A stretch of 64,000 bases of DNA from contig JAABRO010000012.1 of NCBI GenBank assembly GCA_011390885.1, positions 12,979 to 76,978 on the forward strand. The letters are read 5' to 3'. This DNA is from Gemmatimonas sp. GTDB lineage: Bacteria > Gemmatimonadota > Gemmatimonadetes > Gemmatimonadales > Gemmatimonadaceae. Shown piece by piece: positions 10,263-19,651 of this stretch (position 1 is its first letter; each line of letters opens with the position of its first letter). A model generated the notes under the pieces. It saw only the letters and a program-made list of their open reading frames with translations. It was not told where the DNA came from and did not search any database. A program made the translations under genes and the position numbers.

Positions 10263-10925
10263 ATGCCCATGTCCCCCCGGCTCCGCCTGATCACTGTGCT
10301 GCTGCTGGCGTCGTTCGCGCCGGCGTGCAGCGTGACGCACGTGGCGCGCCCGCTGCCGCGCGGCGCCTCGCAGTGGACGATGTCGCTCGGCGGGCCGTGG
10401 CTCCCCGAGGCCGTGCCCACCAAGCTCGTGCCGTACGCCTCGCTCGGATTGCAGCGCGGCGTCACCGACGACCTGACGCTCGGCGGCGCGGTGCACGCCA
10501 CGATGGCGGCGTACAAGGTCGCGGCCGGCGAGCTGTCGGCCACTCGGCGCCTCGCCCAGGGTGCCGGCTGGCGCCCCGAACTCGCCGCGACGGCGAACGT
10601 GTACCTCTTCGCCGGTGACGGCGGCGCGCGCGTGTTTCCCGCGCTCGGGGGGGTGGCCAGCTGGCGTCCGGGCGAGAAGACGCTGCTCTTCGGCGGTGCG
10701 CAGGTGCTCGGGCAGTTCAGCGGCGCGCCGGCAATGCTCGTCACGCCGCTGGCGGGCGTGCAGCGGCGCATCCGGTCGCGGTTCGGCCTGCAGGCCGAAG
10801 TGAAGTGGATGGCCGCGAATGCCGACACGCGGGCCGGCGTGTTCGAGGGCGAATCGAGCATCAATGGACGCGGGGCGCTCGCGTTCCAGCTGGGCGCCAC
10901 GCTTGACCGAGGGCGGCGCAAGTGA
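10263..10925 (+). CDS. Hypothetical lipoprotein, possibly a beta-rich envelope protein.
   Basis: [22 protein letters not shown] shows a signal peptide and lipobox. GC3-rich codon usage. Tightly followed (overlapping) by the next gene. No recognisable catalytic motif. Confidence 0.6.
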   Translation: MPMSPRLRLITVLLLASFAPACSVTHVARPLPRGASQWTMSLGGPWLPEAVPTKLVPYASLGLQRGVTDDLTLGGAVHATMAAYKVAAGELSATRRLAQGAGWRPELAATANVYLFAGDGGARVFPALGGVASWRPGEKTLLFGGAQVLGQFSGAPAMLVTPLAGVQRRIRSRFGLQAEVKWMAANADTRAGVFEGESSINGRGALAFQLGATLDRGRRK

Positions 10926-11785
10926 GCGCGCGCGCACGCATGGCCGCGCTCGCGGCGCTGACCAGTTGCTCGCTGGCACTCGGCGCCTGCGCGCTCGACG
11001 AGAACCTGTTCAACGAGCGGCGCCTCGACGACTATGCGCTGTCGGCTGCGATCATCCCCGATTCCCTGCGCACGGAAGGCGCCTGGGACGTGGGCGGGGA
11101 TCGCGTGGCGTGGGTGTTCGCGCGGCGGCCGGGCAGCACGCCCCGCCTCACCCTCCTCTTCTGTCACGGCAACAAGTACAACATCGCGGAATACTGGCCG
11201 CGCGTGGAAACGCTCTGGCAGGCCGGATTCGACGTGCTCACGTTCGACTATCGCGGCTTCGGCAAGAGCACGGGCACGTCGAACGAGGCCACGATGCGTG
11301 CGGACAGCGAGGCGGCGCTGGCGGAACTCCGCACACGGGGCGTGGCCGACAGCGCGCTCGCCATCCATGGCTTCTCGCTCGGCGGCGTCTGCGCGATCCA
11401 CCTCGCGGCACGGGTGGTGACGCCGCGCGCGCTCATCGTGGAGGCCGCCTTCACGAGCGCGGGCGACCTCGTGCGCACCGGCACGGTGCTCGACGTGCCG
11501 GGCGGCTGGCTCATGCGCGATCCGTACGACAACCTCGACGCCATCCGGCTGGCGACGGCCCCCACGCTCGTGCTGCACGGCGACGCCGACACGTTTCTGC
11601 CGTTCAGGTTCGGCGAGGCGCTGCACGCCGCGTCGGGCGCGAGCGTGCGATCGCTGGTGCGGGTGCCGGGCGCGAACCACACCGACATCCCGGAGCGCCT
11701 GGGGCCGTCGGCGTACGGCGCGCTGCTGCACGGGTTTGCGCAGCAGCGGGGCTCGATGGCGAGCCCGGTGACGTCGCCCCCCTGA
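10922..11785 (+). CDS. Alpha/beta hydrolase (serine aminopeptidase S33 / hydrolase_4-like), lipoprotein signal.
   Basis: GTG at 10922 overlaps the previous stop (GTGA). LALGAC lipobox. LLFCHGN...FDYRGFGKSTG, nucleophile elbow HGFSLGG, VLHGDADTFLP, NH near the C-terminus. Confidence 0.8.
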   Translation: MSARARMAALAALTSCSLALGACALDENLFNERRLDDYALSAAIIPDSLRTEGAWDVGGDRVAWVFARRPGSTPRLTLLFCHGNKYNIAEYWPRVETLWQAGFDVLTFDYRGFGKSTGTSNEATMRADSEAALAELRTRGVADSALAIHGFSLGGVCAIHLAARVVTPRALIVEAAFTSAGDLVRTGTVLDVPGGWLMRDPYDNLDAIRLATAPTLVLHGDADTFLPFRFGEALHAASGASVRSLVRVPGANHTDIPERLGPSAYGALLHGFAQQRGSMASPVTSPP

Positions 11786-11842
11786 CGCCGTCCGCGTAGC
11801 TTGGGGGATGCCCTTCGCCCCTCGCCTTGCCGGAGCGCCCTC

Positions 11843-12391
11843 GTGGCGCTGACGTCCACGCTGTACACGCTCGAGATCGCGCTCTCGCACGTCGATCGCC
11901 ACGTCTACGAGACGCTCTCGCTCCGCGTGCCGATGCATCCGTCGGAGTCGGCCGAGTTCTTCGTCACGCGCGTGCTCGCCTACTGCCTCGAGTATACGGA
12001 GGGGATCGCCTTCTCGCGGGGCGTGTCCGACGCCGACGAGCCCACGCTGTTCGTGCGCGACCTGACCGGGGCGATGCAGGCGTGGTTCGAGATCGGGGCA
12101 CCCGATGCGGCGCGCGTGCACAAGGCGAGCAAGGCGGCGCCGCGGGTGGCCATCTACACGCACCGGGATCCCGCCATGGTGCAGCGGGCGTTCACCGGCG
12201 AGCGCATTCACCGGGCCGAGGACGTGCCGTTGTATGCGATCGACCGGGCGCTCATCGATGCCATCGCGGAACGACTCGAGCGCCGCATGAGTATCGATCT
12301 CACCGTCACCGATGGTACGCTCTACGTCACGATCGGCGGTGTCATGCTCACGGGCACCGTCACCACACACCCGTTGCAGCAAGCGACCTGA
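11843..12391 (+). CDS. yaeQ: YaeQ family protein.
   Basis: From GTG at 11843: ALTSTLYTLEIALSHVDRHVYETLSLRVPMHPSESAEFFVTRVLAYCLEY...DEPTLFVRDLTG...WFEIG. Colinear with E. coli YaeQ (about 181 aa) as I recall it. The track ORF begins at an upstream TTG (11801). Confidence 0.8.
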   Translation: MALTSTLYTLEIALSHVDRHVYETLSLRVPMHPSESAEFFVTRVLAYCLEYTEGIAFSRGVSDADEPTLFVRDLTGAMQAWFEIGAPDAARVHKASKAAPRVAIYTHRDPAMVQRAFTGERIHRAEDVPLYAIDRALIDAIAERLERRMSIDLTVTDGTLYVTIGGVMLTGTVTTHPLQQAT

Positions 12392-12472
12392 GCCGTACCG
12401 CCGTTGACGCACCTCGCCGGAGCACTCCCTCCCGCTTCGGCGCACGATGCCCCCTCTCGCCCGGAGTCGCCC

Positions 12473-13117
12473 ATGTCCCTGTCCTCCCGTTTCCTCCCCG
12501 CCGTCGTCCTGGCCCTCGGACTGGCGGTCGCCCCTCGGATCTCCTCGGCGCAGGGCGCGCAGATCGGCCTCATCGGTGGTGCGACGTTCTCGAACCTGCG
12601 CGGGCTCGAGGACATCGATGACGTCGACCTCGACTCGCGCACCGGACTCATCGGTGGCGGCTACCTGCTGCTTCCCCTCTCCGGTGCCTTGCAGCTGCAG
12701 CTCGAGGGGCTGTTCGTGAACAAGGGTGCCGAGCCGCGAACCGGAACCGACAACGAGTTCAAGCTGTCGTATCTCGAGGTGCCCGTCCTGCTGCGCCTCA
12801 ACCTGGGCGGCTCCTCGGCGCTGAACCCGCATCTCTACGCCGGCCCGTACTTTGGCCTGCGCATCAACTGCACCATCGGGGACGACACCGACTGCGACGA
12901 TGTGCCCGGCACCAGCACGAAGAGCGTGGACGTCGGCGGCGTGGCGGGGGGCGGTCTGGCCATCGACGTCGGGGGACTCGTGCTTACTGGTGGCGCGCGC
13001 TACGCGTTCGGCGTGTCCACGCTGGCGGAACTCTCGGGCGACGGCATCCAGGAGTCGGTGAAGCATGGCGGCTGGGCGATCTACGCCGGACTCGGCCTGC
13101 GGCTGGGGCGCCGGTAG
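12473..13117 (+). CDS. Outer-membrane beta-barrel (OMP_b-brl/PorT-like) protein.
   Basis: ATG at 12473. Signal MSLSSRFLPAVVLALGLAVAPRISSAQ. Alternating hydrophobic beta-strand pattern (IGLIGGATFSNL, GGGYLLLP, LEVPVLLRLNL, VAGGGLAIDVG, WAIYAGLGLRL). Confidence 0.7.
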   Translation: MSLSSRFLPAVVLALGLAVAPRISSAQGAQIGLIGGATFSNLRGLEDIDDVDLDSRTGLIGGGYLLLPLSGALQLQLEGLFVNKGAEPRTGTDNEFKLSYLEVPVLLRLNLGGSSALNPHLYAGPYFGLRINCTIGDDTDCDDVPGTSTKSVDVGGVAGGGLAIDVGGLVLTGGARYAFGVSTLAELSGDGIQESVKHGGWAIYAGLGLRLGRR

Positions 13118-13169
13118 TCCCGCGTCGACCTCTTCCGCCGCTTCCCTTTCCGCTGCACGTTCCCTCGAC

Positions 13170-14264
13170 ATGACGGACACGGTACGCATTCTCGGGGCCG
13201 GGCTCTCCGGCCTCTCCGCCGCGATCACGCTGGCGCGGGCCGGTCGCGCGGTCGAGGTGTTCGAGAAGCGCTCCGACTGCGGCATGCGCTTCGGCGGGGA
13301 CCTGCAGGGGCTCGAGAACTGGTCACGCGACGTGGATGTCGTCGAGGAGCTGCGCGCACTCGGCCTGCCGGCCGACTTCCACTGCGCACCGTTCGACGCC
13401 GGCGTGCAGACCAACGGTCGGCGTGCCGATCACTTCCGCTTCTCGCGCCCCGCGTTCTACCTCGTCAAGCGCGGGCGCGAGCCGGACACCATCGATCAGG
13501 CGTTCAAGCGCGCCGCGCTCGCCGCCGGCGTGACGATTCACTTCGGCGCGACGCGTGCCCCTCGCGCTGTGGACATCGACGCCAGTGGACCGGTGGGACG
13601 CACACCGTTCGCGGTGGACACCGGCATCGTGTTCGACACGGACGCCCCCGACCAGGCGATCGCCCTGCTCGACGACGAAGCCGGCAACAAGGGGTACGCC
13701 TACCTGCTCATCACGCAGGGGTACGGCTGCTGCTGCGCGATGTCCTTCGACGACTTCCCGGGCATTCATCGCGGCTTCGCGCGCGCGCGCCGTCTGCTGC
13801 TCGACGAGCCGGGGATCACGGTGCGCAATCCGCGCACCGTGGGTGGACTCGGGCACTTCACCACCGTCTCGTCGTGGCGCACGGGCGACACGGCGCGGGT
13901 GGGCGAGGCGGCGGGGCTGCAGGACTTTCTCTGGGGCTTCGGCATGCGGCTCGCGATCGGCAGCGGCGTGCTCGCCGCGAATGCGCTCGTCCACGGCACG
14001 GACTACGCCGCGGCCGCGGAGCGCGAGTTCGCCGCCGTGCGTCGTGGGGGCGTCGTGAATCGCTTTCTCTGGGAAGCGGGTCGCCTCTCGGCCTATCGCC
14101 CGATCATGGCCGCGCTGCGCTGGCGCGGCCCCGAGCAGGCGCTGCGCTGGCTGCACCGGCCGTCGCGCACGCAGGCGTTGCTCTGGCCCCTCGCGAACTG
14201 GTGGGCGCGCCGGACGTACGGCGCGCGCCTCGTGCCGAGGTCGGCGCCGTACACGACGGCGTGA
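13170..14264 (+). CDS. FAD-dependent oxidoreductase (geranylgeranyl-reductase/monooxygenase-like).
   Basis: ATG at 13170. Rossmann dinucleotide motif VRILGAGLSGLSAAITLARAGRAVEVFEK at the N-terminus. Later a GD(A/T)AG-like motif (GEAAGLQD). Confidence 0.75.
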   Translation: MTDTVRILGAGLSGLSAAITLARAGRAVEVFEKRSDCGMRFGGDLQGLENWSRDVDVVEELRALGLPADFHCAPFDAGVQTNGRRADHFRFSRPAFYLVKRGREPDTIDQAFKRAALAAGVTIHFGATRAPRAVDIDASGPVGRTPFAVDTGIVFDTDAPDQAIALLDDEAGNKGYAYLLITQGYGCCCAMSFDDFPGIHRGFARARRLLLDEPGITVRNPRTVGGLGHFTTVSSWRTGDTARVGEAAGLQDFLWGFGMRLAIGSGVLAANALVHGTDYAAAAEREFAAVRRGGVVNRFLWEAGRLSAYRPIMAALRWRGPEQALRWLHRPSRTQALLWPLANWWARRTYGARLVPRSAPYTTA

Positions 14265-14279
14265 GGTCCGGCGCGGGGC

Positions 14280-15623
14280 TCAGGCCAGCACGTCGGTGCG
14301 CGCGCCGGTCTCCACGAAGTCGCGCAGGTCCTGCACGGAACGTGGCACCGTGTACGTGATGGGCACGTCGTAGGCCACCTTGATGAGCGTGGCGAAAAAC
14401 AGCTCCGACGCCTTCACGTGCGTGTTCGGTGAGAGCTTTCCCATGAGCCGCTTCCACACGCGCGGCACATCCTCGACCGCGAGCTTGAGCAGCGCGTGTC
14501 CCGCGACCGGCTCCACGCCCACGCGCGCGCACCCGACGTCGCCGGCGAGGTCGCGCACATAGATGCGCACCACGCTGGTGCCGAGCAGGCGTCGCATCCA
14601 CCGCGGCATGACGTCGCGCAGCATGTTCACGTGCGCGTCCGCCAGCGCGACGCCGTCAGGGTTCTCGGCGATCGCGCGCTCGCGCCAGTTGCCGCTGAAG
14701 TCGGTGGGGCCGACGTAGTGGCGATGATACGTGGCGTAGAAGGCGCGTGCCTCGTCGAGCGTGGCGGGCATCGCATCGGCCTCGTCATCGAGCCCGGGAC
14801 GACGGATGCCGGCCAGGTGGCCGTACACGCGCCACACGTGGTAGTAGTCCTCCGCCTGCTGCGGCGTGAACGGAATGCCGAGCGCTTCCAGCCCGTCGAT
14901 CACGAGCAGCGAGAAGCCCAGGATGGTGCCGAGCATGTCCTCCTGGTTGATCGGCACCCCGTACTGCGCCACGAACGCATCGTGCGCGCGTTCGCCCATC
15001 GCATCGCGCGCCACGTTGGTGCGCACGCCCGCGTGCAGCAGGCGCATCTCCTTGGCGACGACCGTGCCCACGCCCCCCGGTTCGAACGAGCCTGGTGATC
15101 CCACATCCTGCAGCAGCTGCAGCGTGCCCATGAGCCGGTGGAATGGACGCGCCCGCAGCTCCCCCGAGAGGTTGAGGATCTTCGCCATGGAAGGGGCCGC
15201 GTAGCCTTCGGGCAGGCTCTTGCAGAGCATGACCAGCACGGAGGGCAGCGTGCACTCGCGGAACGCCTGCTGTCCGCGCAGGATGCGCTCGCGGTCGGCC
15301 CACACGGGGAGCGGTGCCTTGTCGCTCCGGCGCGACCCTTCGCGAATGTGCGCGAGGAAGTCGCGCAGGGGCGCCGGTGCGTCGTCAGGGAGCATCGCGC
15401 CAGGCGCCCGCAGGCGGCCGAAGAGCGGTCGCAACTGCGCCGCGGTCACCCCCGCCTGCGCCAGCGCGGCCGCGCAGTCGTCGGCTGCGGCATCACCCAT
15501 GTGTCGCAGCTGGTCGAGCACTCGCGGATCAGTCCACGACCACGCCGGCGCGGGAGAGGACGTGGGTGGCGTCAAGGCGTCCGGGAAGGCGGGACGTTCG
15601 GTGGAGCGGGAGGGCGTGTCCAT
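14280..15623 (-). CDS. MpaB/DUF2236-family oxygenase-like protein.
   Basis: ATG at 15623 (MDTPSRS...). Central region LPEGYAAPSMAKILNLSGEL...RLMGTLQLL...EMRLLHAGVR...INQEDMLGTILGFS resembles the DUF2236 (MpaB/rubber oxygenase) family. This is recognition by memory, not by search. Confidence 0.65.
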   Translation of the reverse strand: MDTPSRSTERPAFPDALTPPTSSPAPAWSWTDPRVLDQLRHMGDAAADDCAAALAQAGVTAAQLRPLFGRLRAPGAMLPDDAPAPLRDFLAHIREGSRRSDKAPLPVWADRERILRGQQAFRECTLPSVLVMLCKSLPEGYAAPSMAKILNLSGELRARPFHRLMGTLQLLQDVGSPGSFEPGGVGTVVAKEMRLLHAGVRTNVARDAMGERAHDAFVAQYGVPINQEDMLGTILGFSLLVIDGLEALGIPFTPQQAEDYYHVWRVYGHLAGIRRPGLDDEADAMPATLDEARAFYATYHRHYVGPTDFSGNWRERAIAENPDGVALADAHVNMLRDVMPRWMRRLLGTSVVRIYVRDLAGDVGCARVGVEPVAGHALLKLAVEDVPRVWKRLMGKLSPNTHVKASELFFATLIKVAYDVPITYTVPRSVQDLRDFVETGARTDVLA

Positions 15624-15752
15624 GACAGAGTCCGAGAAGGGGAAGGAGAACGTAGCACGCGTGGCCGGTCGCCGATACCTTGCACCCATCCACCGGCCGC
15701 ATCACGCAGCACACCGCAGGCTCCCGCGGCCGTCGCTCCCTCCCTGCCCTCG

Positions 15753-18700
15753 ATGACCTTGGCGTCGTCCACCACGATCGGTCATTTCGAAGTCATCCGT
15801 GCCCTGGCCAAGGGGGGCATGGGCGAGGTCTACCTCGCGCGCGACACGCGGCTCGGACGGGACGTTGCGCTCAAGGTGCTGCCGCCGCACCTGCTCGCGA
15901 ACACGCGTGCGGTGGAGCGCTTTGCGCGCGAAGCACGCGCCGCGTCGGCGCTGAGCCATCCGAACATCATCACGGTGTACGACATCGGCGAGACGACGGC
16001 CATGCCGTTCATCGCCATGGAGCTGGTGCGCGGCGAAACGCTCGATCGCGTGGTCACGCTCGACGCGCCGCTCGGTGCGGTGCTCGAGTTCTTCCGGCAG
16101 TGCGCGGCTGCGCTCGTGGCCGCGCATGAAGCCGGCATCGTGCACCGCGACATCAAGCCGGACAACGTGATGGTCCGGACCGATGGCTACGTGAAGGTGC
16201 TCGACTTCGGACTCGCCCGGCTCGCCCTCGGGGAAGCCGGCGACATGTCCACCTCCACGCAGGCCGGCATGGTGGTCGGCACGCTGCGCTACCTGTCGCC
16301 GGAGCAGGCGGTCGGGGAGCCGGTGAGCACGGCGAGCGACATCTTCTCGCTCGGCACCATGATGTACGAGCTGCTCACCGGCGCGCACCCCTTCTCGCAG
16401 GGGAGCGAGGTCGCGACGCTCGCCGCCATCGTCACGCGCACGCCGCCGCCGCCTGCCAGTGTGCGCGGCACGCTGCCGCCGGTGATCGACGCGCTCATCC
16501 AGGAGACGCTCGAGAAGGACGCCGCCGCCCGGCCCACAGCCGCCGAGGTGGTGCGTCGCCTGCGGCAGCTGTTGGCGGTGGCCGGCATTGGCGAGACGCC
16601 GACGTTCGTATCGTCGACGTCGCTGTCTGCAGCCAGCCTGCTCGAGCAGCCTGCACCGGACACGCCGCGCGCGATCACGGTGGGACGCGCGGCCGACGTG
16701 GCGCGGCTCATGACGGAATACCAGGCGGCCGCGCGCGGGCGCGGGCAGCTGCTCGCTGTGACCGGCGAGCCGGGCATCGGCAAGACGACGCTCATCGAGA
16801 CGATGCTCGCGGAGTGCAACGCCCTGCCCACGCCGCCGCTCATCGCACGCGGGCGCTGCTCGGAGCGACTCGCGGGCGCCGAAGCCTACCTCCCCGTCAT
16901 GGAGGCGCTCGACGACGCGATGCACTCGGCCGATCGCGTGCTGGTGAAGGACCTCGTGGCGCGGCACGCCCCGACGTGGGCCGCGATGCTCGCCACCGCG
17001 TCGCAATCGGAAGATGGCAGCGACGTCACGCGTTCCGTCGGCACGTCGCAGGAGCGGCTCAAGCGCGAAATGGCCACGCTGCTCGCCGAGCTCGCGCGCG
17101 TGCGACCGGTGGTGGTGTACCTCGATGACGTGCACTGGGCCGACGTGTCCACCGTCGACCTGCTCTCGTACCTTGGAGACCGTCTGCAGGGTGTGTCGGC
17201 GCTGCTCATCGTCACGTATCGCGACGCGGAGCTGCGCGCCTCGCGACACCCGTTCCTGCAGGTGCAGCGCGACCTGCAGGCGCGCGGCGCCGCGAGCGAG
17301 CTGCCCGTCGGCTTCCTCACCACGGCCGACGTGTCCGCGTACCTGGCCGCCGCCTACGCGGATCATCGGTTTCCCCCCGACTTCGCCGCCACGATGCACG
17401 CGCGCACCGAGGGGAACCCGCTCTTCCTCGTGGACGTGATGCGTTGGCTCGCGGCGCAGTCGATCATCGCGGAGGAAGCCGGCCACTGGCGCCTCGTGCG
17501 CTCGCTCGACGAACTCGATCGCGAGCTGCCGGCCTCGGTGCGCAGCATGATCGACCGCAAGATCGAGCAGCTCGGCACGGCGGAGCGCCGCCTGCTCGCG
17601 GCCGCTGCGGTGCAGGGCGCCGAGTTCGACAGCGCCGTGGCCGCCGCCGTGCTCGGCGCCGATCCGGCCGACGTGGAAGAGCAGCTGATGGTGCTCGACA
17701 AGGTGTACGCGTTCGTACGCCACGTGGGCGAGGAGCGCTGGCCCGATCGCTCCATGTCGGTGCGCTACCGGTTCGTGCACGCACTGTACCAGAACGCGCT
17801 GCTTGCGGGCATGGCGCCGAGTCGGCGCGCGTCGTGGAGCGAGACGGTGGCCGAACTGCTCGAGCGTCGGCATGGCGCGCGCGCGTCGGAGCTGGCCGCC
17901 GAGCTCGCCGTGCTGCACGAGACGGCGCGTGCGCACGACAAGGCGGCCGCGTGGTTCGCGGTGGCCTCGGCCAATGCGCGCGACCTGCACGGCTACGCCG
18001 AATCGGAGTCGCTCGCCCAGCGCGGACTCGAACAGGTCGCCTCGATGGAGCCGGGCCCCGCGCAGCTCGTGCAGGAGCTCGGCCTGCGGCTCGCGCTGGG
18101 TGTCGCGAGCCTCGTGCGACGCGGGTACGCGGCCCCGGAGACGGCCGACAACATGCGTCGTGCGCGCGAACTGTGTGCGGCGCTCGGCGACACGCCGGCG
18201 CTGTCGTCGGCACTGTGGGTGCTGCTGCTGTACAACATCGCCAGCGGCCGGCTGGCCGAGGCCGAGCCCATTGCGGCGCTGCTGCTGCGCCAGGGCGAGG
18301 CGACGGACGACCCGGAGCTGCGCATTGCCGCGCACTCCTCGTACATCGGCCTGTATACGCACATGGCGCGCTTCGAGGAGGCGCTCGTGCATCGCGAGGC
18401 GATGGACGCGCTGCTCACGCCGGAGCGTCACGACGCCGTGCGGCGCCGCTTCCAGCCCGAGCCGGTGATCATGAGCCGCGCCGAACAGCTGCGCAGCCTG
18501 GTCCTGCTGGGGCGACACGAGGAGGCGCGTCGCGTGCGCGACCTGGCGGAGGCCGAAGCCCAGGCGAGTGGCCATCCGCAGGACATGGCGTTCGTGGCGC
18601 ACTTCATCGCGGAGTACGAGCTGTTCATGGGTGATCCCGCGATCGCCGAGCAGCTGGCCCGCGCGGCGGTGGCGCTGTGCGACGAGTACGGCATCGCTTC

Positions 18701-18992
18701 GGAACGCCTGTGGGCGCTCACGTACCTCGGCGCCGCGCAGGCGCGAATCGGCCAGGAAGCGGAAGGGATCGCGCTCATGCGCGAGATGATCGGCACCCTG
18801 CTCGCGATCGGTTGCCCGATCACCGTGCCGGGCTTTCACATGCTGCTCGGGGACGCCGAACTGCGCGCGGGCGACGCGGCGCAGGCGGCAACCACGGCGC
18901 GAGAGGGGTTGGCGCTCGGCGAGCGCACGGGCGAACGCGCGTACGATGCCGAGTTGCAGGCCCTGCTCGCGCGGGCGACCGGGGCCGCCTGA
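15753..18992 (+). CDS. Ser/Thr protein kinase fused to an AAA/STAND-type NTPase and a TPR-like C-terminal region.
   Basis: ATG at 15753, in frame within track ORF 15138..18992. Kinase motifs: GKGGMGEVYLA, ALKVL, HRDIKPDNV, DFGLA, YLSPEQ. P-loop AVTGEPGIGKTTL. Walker B VVVYLDDVHWAD. About 500 aa of helical repeats follow. Confidence 0.9.
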   Translation: MTLASSTTIGHFEVIRALAKGGMGEVYLARDTRLGRDVALKVLPPHLLANTRAVERFAREARAASALSHPNIITVYDIGETTAMPFIAMELVRGETLDRVVTLDAPLGAVLEFFRQCAAALVAAHEAGIVHRDIKPDNVMVRTDGYVKVLDFGLARLALGEAGDMSTSTQAGMVVGTLRYLSPEQAVGEPVSTASDIFSLGTMMYELLTGAHPFSQGSEVATLAAIVTRTPPPPASVRGTLPPVIDALIQETLEKDAAARPTAAEVVRRLRQLLAVAGIGETPTFVSSTSLSAASLLEQPAPDTPRAITVGRAADVARLMTEYQAAARGRGQLLAVTGEPGIGKTTLIETMLAECNALPTPPLIARGRCSERLAGAEAYLPVMEALDDAMHSADRVLVKDLVARHAPTWAAMLATASQSEDGSDVTRSVGTSQERLKREMATLLAELARVRPVVVYLDDVHWADVSTVDLLSYLGDRLQGVSALLIVTYRDAELRASRHPFLQVQRDLQARGAASELPVGFLTTADVSAYLAAAYADHRFPPDFAATMHARTEGNPLFLVDVMRWLAAQSIIAEEAGHWRLVRSLDELDRELPASVRSMIDRKIEQLGTAERRLLAAAAVQGAEFDSAVAAAVLGADPADVEEQLMVLDKVYAFVRHVGEERWPDRSMSVRYRFVHALYQNALLAGMAPSRRASWSETVAELLERRHGARASELAAELAVLHETARAHDKAAAWFAVASANARDLHGYAESESLAQRGLEQVASMEPGPAQLVQELGLRLALGVASLVRRGYAAPETADNMRRARELCAALGDTPALSSALWVLLLYNIASGRLAEAEPIAALLLRQGEATDDPELRIAAHSSYIGLYTHMARFEEALVHREAMDALLTPERHDAVRRRFQPEPVIMSRAEQLRSLVLLGRHEEARRVRDLAEAEAQASGHPQDMAFVAHFIAEYELFMGDPAIAEQLARAAVALCDEYGIASERLWALTYLGAAQARIGQEAEGIALMREMIGTLLAIGCPITVPGFHMLLGDAELRAGDAAQAATTAREGLALGERTGERAYDAELQALLARATGAA

Positions 18993-19080
18993 CCGCCTGT
19001 CCCGGGTCGCGGTCCCGCCGTCCGTGTCTGTCAGGGAACCCCGGATCGGAGGCCGCCGGTCCGGGTATTAGCGTTCGACC

Positions 19081-19488
19081 ATGGGCCTGTTTTCGGATCG
19101 TCGCGCACGGGCGGTGCTGCTCGTTCTCTCCCTGCTGGGAGTGGGGCGGGAGAGCGTGCTGCCGCACGAGTGCGCCACGATGGCGGCGGCCACCTCGACC
19201 CACGCGACCGAAGCGTCCACGGCGTCGGCGACGCACGCAGGCCACGGGCATGCGGCCGCCGATGAACACGCACCCTCCGAAGCGCCTGCCGACCACGAGT
19301 GCGACTGCATTGGCGAGTGCTGCTGTGCGCCGGTGGCGACCCTCGTGCTCGCCAGCGCCGATGCGTTGGTGCCGTTCGCGATCGCCGAGGCCTCGGCACG
19401 TGCGACGGCGACCGACGAGCGCCTGCCCGTTGCGCCGCGCTACCTCCGTCCCTTCGCGATCGGCCCGCCCGCGGTGATCACCGCGTAG
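19081..19488 (+). CDS. Small Cys/His-rich membrane or secreted protein (candidate metal-binding protein, DUF2946-like in concept).
   Basis: 135-aa ORF with high GC3. N-terminal hydrophobic segment AVLLVLSLLGV. Motifs PHECATM, HAGHGH, DHECDCIGECCC. Lies directly upstream of a TonB-dependent receptor on the same strand. Confidence 0.5.
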   Translation: MGLFSDRRARAVLLVLSLLGVGRESVLPHECATMAAATSTHATEASTASATHAGHGHAAADEHAPSEAPADHECDCIGECCCAPVATLVLASADALVPFAIAEASARATATDERLPVAPRYLRPFAIGPPAVITA

Positions 19489-19651
19489 CGTACCGCCACC
19501 GTCAGCCGGCACCCGCGCGCTGACGGCTTCTCGCCCGACACGATGCAGTGCGGGCGCTGCGCAGACGATCCTCGTGTCCCTCACGGTCCGCCCCGCGCCT
19601 CCGGCGCCGGCGCGCGTCGTGTCCGATCCCCGTCTGCCCGGATTCTCCTTC

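Noticed and set aside
10193-13414. 1073-aa minus-strand ORF spanning five plus-strand genes.
   Set aside because: It is antisense to well-supported genes (alpha/beta hydrolase, YaeQ, OM beta-barrel). The sequence is Arg/Ala/Gly-rich low-complexity with no domain signatures.
15702-18839. 1045-aa minus-strand ORF antisense to the kinase gene, together with the 15138-15752 N-terminal extension of the kinase ORF.
   Set aside because: The plus-strand frame has canonical Hanks kinase, P-loop and Walker B motifs. The extension upstream of ATG 15753 overlaps the divergent MpaB-like gene and is R/G-rich.
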